Source: a bacterium (lineage in GTDB: Bacteria > Patescibacteriota > Saccharimonadia > Saccharimonadales > DATKHC01). From it: 52,387 nt of DNA. Of the stretch, positions 44,277-52,387 are shown piece by piece. The notes under the pieces were generated by a model, which searched no databases, was not told the origin of the DNA, and saw only the letters and a program-made list of their open reading frames with translations. Position 1 is the stretch's first letter, and each line of letters begins with the position of its first letter. Where the stretch lies: NCBI GenBank assembly GCA_021781215.1, contig JAJXXC010000007.1, forward strand, positions 1-52,387, read 5' to 3'. Position numbers and translations under genes: made by a program.

Positions 44277-45083
44277 ATGAGTAAAGCATTAACATTATCT
44301 ATAATTATACCAGTATACAATGAATCTGACCATCTGAAGAATTGTCTAGATTCAATTCAAAAACAAACAATAATGCCCGGTGAAGTGATAGTTGTTGACA
44401 ATAATTCCACTGACGATTCTGTTGCCATAGCCAGAAAGTATAGTTTCGTAAAAATAATATCAGAAAAGCAGCAAGGGATAGTATATGCCAGAAACGCAGG
44501 GTTCAATGCGGCAACCTCTAATATTCTAGGACGGATTGATGCCGACTCCATCTTACCAGAAGACTGGGTAGCTAAAGTTCTAGATTTTTACAAGGACAAT
44601 GACCATCTCAAGCTATATGCGTGGACTAGTCAGGGATATTGGTACAATGTTAGTCATCCAAAAATCTATTCTTGGTTTTTTGATCAGATTGTTTTTAGAT
44701 TTAACCGATTTATTCTAGGGCACTATCCGTTATGGGGTTCATCAATGGCCATGACCAGGGATTCATGGCTAAGAGTGAAAGACAAGGTGTGCCCCAGAAA
44801 TGATATACACGAGGATCTTGATTTATCTATTCACTTGCATCAACTCGGTTATCAAATATCATATGTCACCGGAATTGCTGTAGGTACATATGTAAAGAGA
44901 GTTTATAGTGATTTTGGTAAATTTTGGGGCTACTCATTACTTTGGCCTAGAACCCTTAGAGTGCATAAGTTAATTGGATGGTACTTAGGGCTAATTGGCG
45001 CGGTAATAATCTATTTAATTACTCCACCGTTAATTCTTGAAGCAAAAATACTATCACTATTTCTTAATAAGAAATTTCAGTAA
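44277..45083 (+). CDS. GT2 family glycosyltransferase
   Basis: 268 aa. SIIIPVYNE, VVDNNSTDDS, RIDADS. Confidence 0.8.
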   Translation: MSKALTLSIIIPVYNESDHLKNCLDSIQKQTIMPGEVIVVDNNSTDDSVAIARKYSFVKIISEKQQGIVYARNAGFNAATSNILGRIDADSILPEDWVAKVLDFYKDNDHLKLYAWTSQGYWYNVSHPKIYSWFFDQIVFRFNRFILGHYPLWGSSMAMTRDSWLRVKDKVCPRNDIHEDLDLSIHLHQLGYQISYVTGIAVGTYVKRVYSDFGKFWGYSLLWPRTLRVHKLIGWYLGLIGAVIIYLITPPLILEAKILSLFLNKKFQ

Positions 45084-45640
45084 TCGATGCCTTTATTGGC
45101 AATGTATTTCTGATCATAGTGATGTTTGATTTTATCCATATTAGTGGCTATATCTACGTACTTTAGAAATTTTGGTGGAAAATTACGTCCGGTTAAACAC
45201 AAACTAGTTCCATCAGATTTCAATAATATTAAATTTTTTAAGTCATTTTCGTTGAGTAGTCCGTCACTAACTGCATTATTAATCTCATCACAAATAACAA
45301 GATCGAATTTGCCGTTTTGGCTGCATTTAAGGGCCTTTTGTAGGGTTATGTTTGCGGCTTCTTTATGTTGCTTCTCGCTAACATTCTTTTGAGATAATTT
45401 TCCAGCGTTATAAAAACCCTTACCACCTTTGTAGAATAGTAATTTATCTTTATACAGTGGTTCTATATTCTTTATGAAATTATGCTCGCTAACTTCCCAA
45501 TACTTAATGAATTGAATGAAAGCCACACTCCAGCCATTACCAAGCGACCTAGCCATTAGGCCCAGACTAGCGCTAGTCTTTCCCTTTCCCTCGCCAGTGT
45601 AGACTAAAACTACGGATTTTTTTTGTTTAAAATCCTCCAT
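45077..45640 (-). CDS. cobO: ATP:cob(I)alamin adenosyltransferase (CobA/CobO/BtuR type)
   Basis: 187 aa. VLVYTGEGKGKTSASLG P-loop, DLVICDEIN, LCLTGRNFP, and KGIDY end. Confidence 0.85.
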   Translation of the reverse strand: MEDFKQKKSVVLVYTGEGKGKTSASLGLMARSLGNGWSVAFIQFIKYWEVSEHNFIKNIEPLYKDKLLFYKGGKGFYNAGKLSQKNVSEKQHKEAANITLQKALKCSQNGKFDLVICDEINNAVSDGLLNENDLKNLILLKSDGTSLCLTGRNFPPKFLKYVDIATNMDKIKHHYDQKYIANKGIDY

Positions 45641-45646
45641 AAATCC

Positions 45647-46174
45647 CTAAACCAAATCTGGATAATTTATTAAAATTAAAAGTGCTCGTTGAGTCATAAT
45701 AGCTCGTGATAAAGCCTGAAATTCTCTTTGTTCAAGTAAAATACCACTTTGTTGTAACTCATCGAGTAGACTTTTTAATATCGGATCATTATCAAACATT
45801 TCTTTTAACTCAGTTCTTAGACCGTCGTTTACTGATTTGTTAATTTTAGTTATTTCAGCATCTGTTTCAAATATAACTTCCAGAAAATCTGATAACGGAA
45901 TGCTGATGCCAATTAAAGGAATGTTGGAGAATTCAAAATTAATAATTAAATAGTTTGGGTTAATGGCCATGCCCTCAGATACTGGAAGCGGTTGATATTG
46001 ATATTCTGGACTCGAGTCAATTTCTAGCTGAGCTTTAATCGTGTCGCTATCATAGCCCCTGGATGATACAAGTATATATTGACGTATTTTTTGCCAATCA
46101 TCATAAGATATGCGGTTAATATGTGAAAATCTAACCTCACCAGTTTGTTGTTCTGTAGTTTTTTCGGGGTTCAT
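45647..46174 (-). CDS. hypothetical protein
   Basis: 175-aa ORF ending 6 nt upstream of cobO. No recognisable motif. Confidence 0.5.
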   Translation of the reverse strand: MNPEKTTEQQTGEVRFSHINRISYDDWQKIRQYILVSSRGYDSDTIKAQLEIDSSPEYQYQPLPVSEGMAINPNYLIINFEFSNIPLIGISIPLSDFLEVIFETDAEITKINKSVNDGLRTELKEMFDNDPILKSLLDELQQSGILLEQREFQALSRAIMTQRALLILINYPDLV

Positions 46175-46259
46175 AATCTTAGGCTCCGATCATTAATCCA
46201 CTAGCCTATTATACTATATATAGCGTTTATAATAAAGAACAAAACACTATTGTTAAGAG

Positions 46260-46499
46260 TTATATAAGTTTATTGTCTTTGAGCGCTTGATCAATTTTTG
46301 GTCTATCAAATCCAACTATGATGGTACCGTTAATATCGATAACTGGTATCCCCATCTGATTAGATTTAGTGACCGACTCTTCTGCGGCCGCAGGGTCCTT
46401 TTCAATATCTTTATCGGTATAGGGGATGTTTAACTTATCTAAATATTCTTTAGCTGCGTGACAATATGCGCACCAGACTGCTGTATATATAGTTACCAT
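46260..46499 (-). CDS. glutaredoxin-like (NrdH/YruB-type) redoxin
   Basis: 79 aa. IYTAVWCAYCHAAKEYL CxxC motif and GIPVIDINGTIIVGF. Confidence 0.7.
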   Translation of the reverse strand: MVTIYTAVWCAYCHAAKEYLDKLNIPYTDKDIEKDPAAAEESVTKSNQMGIPVIDINGTIIVGFDRPKIDQALKDNKLI

Positions 46500-46581
46500 A
46501 CTGTAAATATAACATAAATTAATCAGTTTTTTAATGAATCTAGAGGTAGTCTTGTCTATTCAATCGAGCTACGATAGCGTG

Positions 46582-46611
46582 TTGCAAAAACTGATTCATA
46601 TCTGTTACAAT
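46582..46611 (+). promoter_or_regulatory. atp operon promoter TTGCAA-18-TACAAT, 9 nt before ATG 46621
   Basis: TTGCAA at 46582-46587 and TACAAT at 46606-46611. No SD before the first gene. Confidence 0.5.
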
Positions 46612-46620
46612 TAAAGTCGT

Positions 46621-46890
46621 ATGACTGAAAAACCCAAAATCGTGGATAAAAATCAGAATAATACTAACAGCAACGTTGGCTTATTGAATGCTACCCTTCA
46701 GATGAGTTGGAGGTTAGCAATAGCGGTCTTAGTTCCATTAATCGGTGGTGTTAAATTAGATGAACACTGGAAGCTATTTCCTTATTTAACAATTATCGGT
46801 AGCCTATTAGCAATCGGTGGTTTTGTCTATGTAATTCGAAAAACTTTAGCTGATCTTAATCAAACTATAAACTCGAGTAAGGTTAAATAA
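46621..46890 (+). CDS. AtpZ/AtpI-like small membrane protein of the ATP synthase operon
   Basis: 89 aa with two TM helices. First gene of the atp operon. TAATG overlap with atpB. Confidence 0.6.
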   Translation: MTEKPKIVDKNQNNTNSNVGLLNATLQMSWRLAIAVLVPLIGGVKLDEHWKLFPYLTIIGSLLAIGGFVYVIRKTLADLNQTINSSKVK

Positions 46891-47726
46891 TGATTAACGT
46901 GCTGAAAAACTTCGCTAGTGGTCCAATAGTCTATATCACTCCGGAGAAAATTTTTACATTTCATGGAATAGTTATCACCAACTCAGTCTTCTATGGCTGG
47001 GTATCCGGTATGATTTTGATAGTCACTTTTGTTCTAATAGCTAGACGCGTTACTGTTAGGCCAAAGGGCGGGATTATTCAGTTCGTTGAAGTAGGTATTA
47101 CTTATATGTCAAATTTGATTGAGTCCAGCTTTGAAGATCCAGAGCGTGGAGCTAAGTATGTACCATATTTTATATCACTATTTTTCTTCTTACTATTCAA
47201 TAATTGGCTTGGTTTATTACCGGGTGTTGGTGAGGCTTTTCAGTCTCACGGCAATCCACTGCTAAGATCATTTACTGGCGATTTAAATGCTACCCTGGCT
47301 GTTGGCGTAGTGACCATGGGGTTGGTCTACATTGCATCAATTAAAGAAGTTGGGCTTAAAGAATACCTAAAACATTTTTTTGTTGGCAACCCTCTTAACC
47401 CGATGTATCTATTTCTAGGCCTGATAGAAATGTTAACCGACACTACAAGGGTAATAAGCTTGTCTTTACGACTTTTTTTAAATGTTACTATAGGTGAGAT
47501 TGTAATTGCGGTTTTTGCTTATTTGGGTGGCTTTTTCGCACCACTTACTGCAGCTCCCTTTACACTGTTGGAATTATTTGTTAGCGCTCTGCAAGCATAC
47601 ATTTTTGTATTATTGAGTGTGATGTACCTGGCTATTACCGTGAATCATGCAGCAGCCGACCATGACGAGGACTTGACCGATGAGCCAGTAACTGAAACAA
47701 TGAGACTACAATCTGAAAAAGCTTAA
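46890..47726 (+). CDS. atpB: F-type ATP synthase subunit a
   Basis: 278 aa. ISLSLRLFLNVTIGE contains the conserved Arg. Confidence 0.85.
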   Translation: MINVLKNFASGPIVYITPEKIFTFHGIVITNSVFYGWVSGMILIVTFVLIARRVTVRPKGGIIQFVEVGITYMSNLIESSFEDPERGAKYVPYFISLFFFLLFNNWLGLLPGVGEAFQSHGNPLLRSFTGDLNATLAVGVVTMGLVYIASIKEVGLKEYLKHFFVGNPLNPMYLFLGLIEMLTDTTRVISLSLRLFLNVTIGEIVIAVFAYLGGFFAPLTAAPFTLLELFVSALQAYIFVLLSVMYLAITVNHAAADHDEDLTDEPVTETMRLQSEKA

Positions 47727-47757
47727 TGCACTTTTATCAAAAAGTGTATTAATTTTT
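47724..47757 (+). terminator. Terminator-like hairpin (possible attenuator or processing site) between atpB and atpE
   Basis: TAATGCACTTTT (47724-47735) pairs with AAAAGTGTATTA (47740-47751), 12 bp with one G-T. AATTTTT follows. The hairpin overlaps the atpB stop codon. Confidence 0.4.
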
Positions 47758-47788
47758 GTCAGTAATAATTTATAAAAAGGAGAATCAA

Positions 47789-48019
47789 ATGATTACATTA
47801 GCAGACGCGGTCAACACAGCCATTATCGGGAAAGGTCTGATGATTGGTGGTGGATTTATCGGGCCAGGAATCGGTATCGGTATTATCGGCGGAAACTATA
47901 TGGCAGCAGTTGGACGCAACCCTGAGGCTTCGAAATTCTTGGGCCAGGCTCTAGTTTTCATTGCAATCATCGAGTTATTCGGTTTGCTAGCCTTCGCATC
48001 AATCTTTATCGTTAAATAA
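47789..48019 (+). CDS. atpE: F-type ATP synthase subunit c
   Basis: 76 aa from the ATG after an AAGGAG SD. GRNPEA loop and carboxylate in IAIIELFGLL. Confidence 0.85.
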   Translation: MITLADAVNTAIIGKGLMIGGGFIGPGIGIGIIGGNYMAAVGRNPEASKFLGQALVFIAIIELFGLLAFASIFIVK

Positions 48020-48042
48020 TTTTTTTAAAAAAAAGTTCGTAA

Positions 48043-48585
48043 ATGAGTATATTAACCAATTTATTTTTTAGTAGTGCTTCAAGCAGTTCAGGTATTGCTG
48101 CTCTTGGATTCAGTTTGTCATCATTCGTAATCCAATTAATCTCTTTTCTGATTGTATTTTTAATACTCAAGAAATATGCTTTTAAACCGATTATTAAAAT
48201 GCTAAAAGAGCGTTCAGATTTGATTAATGATGGTATCAACCTTGGTGAATCAATGAAACAGAAGAGTCATGAACTTGAGAAAACTATTGAAGATAAATTA
48301 CATCAAACTCGAGAACAAGCAGATAAAATAATTGCCGATACTCATAAGCGTTCTAGAGAAATGATTCTAGCAGCTGAAAACGAAGCCGTTAAGAAGGCTG
48401 AGTCAGTTGCTGAAAGTGCCAAACAAAAAATCGAGCGAGATACGGTTATTGCTAGAGAGAAGCTAAAATCCGAATTGGTTGGTTTGGTGTCTGAGGCAAC
48501 TGAAGCAATTATCGGTCAGAAAATCGATGCTAAAAAAGATGCTGATCTAATCGATAAAGCCCTAAATAGAGGTAAGACTTCATGA
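48043..48585 (+). CDS. atpF: F-type ATP synthase subunit b
   Basis: 180 aa. One N-terminal TM, then a long charged helix. Confidence 0.8.
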   Translation: MSILTNLFFSSASSSSGIAALGFSLSSFVIQLISFLIVFLILKKYAFKPIIKMLKERSDLINDGINLGESMKQKSHELEKTIEDKLHQTREQADKIIADTHKRSREMILAAENEAVKKAESVAESAKQKIERDTVIAREKLKSELVGLVSEATEAIIGQKIDAKKDADLIDKALNRGKTS

Positions 48586-48992
48586 ATTTATCCAGAACTC
48601 AACTAGCTAAGGTTATATCAACTCAAACTTTGAGTCACGGAATTGATAAATCCCTCTCTGGGGATATTGCTAAAATTCTACTAAAGACTAAAAAAACCAA
48701 TTCATTAAACTCACTAATGCGGGACGTTGAACGAAATTGGGCTGAACTTGGATACGTCGACGTAATAGCTAAAAGCGCCTTCCCACTCTCAGACAAGGTT
48801 AAAAATGATATCTGCAACCTAATTAATAACAATTTTTCAAATGTTAAGCATATAAAAATTATTGAAGTGTTAGACAGCAACGTTGTGGCTGGCGTGGTTT
48901 TGGAATTACCCGATCAGAGGCTTGATCTAAGTATTGAAAACAAGATAAATCAATTTAAACAATTCGCGGGCTCACGTAGGAAGGATCCATAA
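48582..48992 (+). CDS. atpH: F-type ATP synthase subunit delta (short, 136 aa)
   Basis: Position between atpF and atpA. OSCP-like C-terminal part (VLDSNVVAGVVLELPDQRLDLSIENKINQFK). ATGA and TAATG overlaps with its neighbours. Confidence 0.7.
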   Translation: MNLSRTQLAKVISTQTLSHGIDKSLSGDIAKILLKTKKTNSLNSLMRDVERNWAELGYVDVIAKSAFPLSDKVKNDICNLINNNFSNVKHIKIIEVLDSNVVAGVVLELPDQRLDLSIENKINQFKQFAGSRRKDP

Positions 48993-50548
48993 TGCAGGAA
49001 TTATCAATTAAAGACTTATCAGAGGACATTCGGGCTTCAATCAACCGTATTAAACAAGATCCTAAAATCGAAAATGTCGGAATTGTCACCAGGATTGGTG
49101 ATGGCATAGCTTGGGTGTACGGTCTTACCAAATGTGGTTTTAACGAAATGCTTGAAATCGAGACCGAGAGTGGTGACCCGATAATAGCATTTGCCTTTAA
49201 CCTTGGAGAAGATGAAATTGGTGCCGTAATTTTGGGCGAAGATTCTCGAGTTAAGGCTGGCGCTAGCGTTAAGATGATTGGCGAAGTTCTAAGTTTACCG
49301 GTCGGGCCTGAATTAATTGGTAGAATCATCGACCCAATGGGAAACCCACTGGATGGTGGTCCGGCAATCAAAACTAGCCAGAGAAGCAATATTGAACGTA
49401 ATGCTCCTGGAGTTTTGGACCGAAAAAGTGTTTTCGAGCCTTTGATGACGGGTATTACTGCTATTGATGCAATGGTACCAATTGGCCGTGGACAAAGAGA
49501 GTTAATTATTGGCGATCGACAGACTGGTAAAACAGCCATAACTATCGACACTATGATTAACCAATATCGCCAAAAAACTGGTGTGATTAATATTTACGTA
49601 GCCATTGGTCAGAAGCTAAGTAAAGTTGCCGCCTTAGTTGAGAGACTTAAATCCGAGGGTGTTATGGATCAGACTATTGTTGTGGCTACTAGTCCTGCAG
49701 ATCCAGCAGCCATGGTCTATTTAGCGCCATATGCTGGCTGTACTATCGGTGAATATTTTAGAGACAATAAAAAGCACGCGTTAATCATTTATGACGATCT
49801 ATCTAAACACGCAGTTGCTTATCGGCAAATGAGCTTATTACTTAGAAGACCACCGGGACGAGAAGCTTATCCGGGAGATGTTTTCTACCTGCACTCAAGA
49901 TTATTAGAGAGATCTGCAAAATTAAGTGATGCACTTGGAGGCGGTAGCCTAACTGCCCTACCAATTATCGAAACTCAAGCTGGCGATATTAGTGCCTATA
50001 TTCCAACCAATGTCATATCAATTACTGACGGCCAGATATTCATGGATACTAGTTTATTCTATCAAGGCCTCAGACCAGCGGTCTCGGTTGGGTTATCGGT
50101 ATCCAGGGTTGGCGGTAGTGCCCAGACTAAGGGCATAAAGAGTGTTGCTAAATCACTTAGAATTGATCTAGCTCAGTATCGTGAATTAGCTGCATTCTCA
50201 CAGTTTTCAACTGATCTCGATGCCGAGACAAAACAGCAAATTGATCGTGGTGAGCGATTAACCGAAATGTTGAAGCAACCCCAATATCAGCCTAGAGCGA
50301 TATGGCAAATGTATGTTAGCTTACTGGCTACTTCTAGTGGATGCTTTGATAAAATTCCAGTAGCTAAAATTAATCCAGCCATTGAAGGATTGTTTAGAGA
50401 AATAGAAACTAATCACCAACCAGTTATTTCCGAGGTTGATGGCGGCGCCGAAGCTAAGGACAGTACTAAGAATAAGATTATTGAAATAGCCAATGGAATC
50501 GCCGTTAGCTATCATGATCGTCAAACTAATACCGTAGAGGCTAGTTAA
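48992..50548 (+). CDS. atpA: F-type ATP synthase subunit alpha
   Basis: 518 aa. GDRQTGKT Walker A and typical alpha colinearity. Confidence 0.95.
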   Translation: MQELSIKDLSEDIRASINRIKQDPKIENVGIVTRIGDGIAWVYGLTKCGFNEMLEIETESGDPIIAFAFNLGEDEIGAVILGEDSRVKAGASVKMIGEVLSLPVGPELIGRIIDPMGNPLDGGPAIKTSQRSNIERNAPGVLDRKSVFEPLMTGITAIDAMVPIGRGQRELIIGDRQTGKTAITIDTMINQYRQKTGVINIYVAIGQKLSKVAALVERLKSEGVMDQTIVVATSPADPAAMVYLAPYAGCTIGEYFRDNKKHALIIYDDLSKHAVAYRQMSLLLRRPPGREAYPGDVFYLHSRLLERSAKLSDALGGGSLTALPIIETQAGDISAYIPTNVISITDGQIFMDTSLFYQGLRPAVSVGLSVSRVGGSAQTKGIKSVAKSLRIDLAQYRELAAFSQFSTDLDAETKQQIDRGERLTEMLKQPQYQPRAIWQMYVSLLATSSGCFDKIPVAKINPAIEGLFREIETNHQPVISEVDGGAEAKDSTKNKIIEIANGIAVSYHDRQTNTVEAS

Positions 50549-50553
50549 ACATT

Positions 50554-51414
50554 ATGGCCAACACCGCATTTTTAAAACAGCGAATTAGTTCAATTAAAAA
50601 TACCAGGCAGATTACTAAAGCCATGGAACTAGTTTCTGCTAGTAAAATGCGTCGTGCCCAAGATTATGCTAAATTAAGTCGAGATTATGCCGATGCGGCA
50701 TCTGAGCTTTTAGCTCATTTAAGCACCTTGACTGAGGTTAAAACACACCCGTTTTTTAATCATCGTACGGTTAAAAATAAGTTGTATGTTTTAATTACCT
50801 CTAATAGTGGCTTGGCTGGAGCCTATAACTACAATGTTTTAAAACTACTAAGCACAGCAGTGATTAATGACCGTAATCACGGTGTTAAATCCAAAGTAAT
50901 TAGTATTGGCAAACAAGGGGCACATTTTGCCAGCCGTTTGGTTGGAGTAGAATTAGCCGCCGCATATCATGCATTTGGTGATCGTCCTTCTGCAAATGAC
51001 ATAAAACCAATCCTAGATACCATCGTAAAGATGTATGATAGCTCTGAAATTGATGAGGTCGACATTATCTATACTCAACCTAAATCGAACCTATTGCAGA
51101 TTGCCAAAAGTATGGAGATCTTACCGATAAAACCGATTAGTGATGGAAAGATAAATTATACTAATTTTGAACCAACCGTAAGTGAGGTTCTTAGCTATTC
51201 TATCGAGAGATTATTAGATGCGATTATATGGCAGGCAGTTTTAGATAGCTTAGCCAGTGAACATTCAATGAGAATGATGGCTATGAAAAATGCAACCGAC
51301 AATGCCGGCGATTTAATCAATGAGTATACATTAAAATTTAATACAGCCCGCCAAAGTGGTATAACGCAAGAACTTGCTGAAATTACCGGTGGTTTTGAAG
51401 CCCTAAATTCATAG
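50554..51414 (+). CDS. atpG: F-type ATP synthase subunit gamma
   Basis: 286 aa. ITKAMELVSASKMRRAQ N-terminus and ITQELAEITGG C-terminus. Confidence 0.9.
   Translation: MANTAFLKQRISSIKNTRQITKAMELVSASKMRRAQDYAKLSRDYADAASELLAHLSTLTEVKTHPFFNHRTVKNKLYVLITSNSGLAGAYNYNVLKLLSTAVINDRNHGVKSKVISIGKQGAHFASRLVGVELAAAYHAFGDRPSANDIKPILDTIVKMYDSSEIDEVDIIYTQPKSNLLQIAKSMEILPIKPISDGKINYTNFEPTVSEVLSYSIERLLDAIIWQAVLDSLASEHSMRMMAMKNATDNAGDLINEYTLKFNTARQSGITQELAEITGGFEALNS

Positions 51415-52387
<973 letters not shown>

Noticed and set aside
48955-49551. 198-aa ORF antisense to atpA, plus smaller ORFs at 49313-49495, 50321-50524, 51195-51428 and 51528-51755 inside atp genes.
   Set aside because: They lie entirely within, and antisense to, strongly recognisable ATP synthase genes. 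Their composition is Ser/Pro/Ile-rich, typical of shadow frames. They have no promoter or SD.

Overview
This 52.4-kb window is AT-rich (about 28-40% GC on hand-counted 60-nt lines) and very tightly packed. It uses the standard genetic code. By inference only, the gene content fits a reduced-genome monoderm bacterium of the CPR/Patescibacteria type, possibly Saccharibacteria-like. Supporting points are a sortase, a DUF3048 protein, a PEGA protein, many lineage-specific ORFans, convergent genes with overlapping stop regions, and few biosynthetic genes.

Layout:
- 0-17.8 kb is housekeeping and envelope: inositol-1-phosphate synthase, a four-ORFan operon, hisS, DUF3048, an orphan VirD4/TraD-like ATPase, gltX, a PEGA protein, sortase, tRNA-Leu, tmk, a degenerate YjeF_C-like gene, xth and a UPF0104 membrane protein.
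- 17.8-18.0 kb holds divergent tRNA-Ser and tRNA-Asn.
- 18.0-35.3 kb is an accessory stretch that starts right after tRNA-Asn. It carries two tRNA 3'-end remnants, a class-III-like Fic, an IS481-like HTH stub, an HExxH protein, small nucleotide-housekeeping enzymes, an Rv2466c-like DsbA, an MFS transporter and a GC-richer four-gene redox operon.
- 35.3-46.5 kb holds trpS, a stress/RNA-binding pair, a lipid-carrier glycosylation cluster, smpB, and cobO plus a glutaredoxin-like gene.
- 46.6 kb to the window end is the F1Fo ATP synthase operon, with atpD truncated by the window edge.

The best candidate for an undescribed system is the operon at 30643-34086. It encodes a C-terminally anchored FNR-like reductase, a signal-less ApbE flavin transferase, a NOX/ferric-reductase-type di-haem membrane protein (H-x13-H and H-x12-H) that carries an ITGAT flavinylation-like motif on a predicted cytoplasmic loop, and an anchored exoprotein.

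A second window-wide pattern is a promoter-to-ATG architecture, TTGCAw-17/18-TAnnnT followed 6-12 nt later by ATG, which implies many leaderless mRNAs.

All family calls rest on motif recognition by eye. No database search was run.
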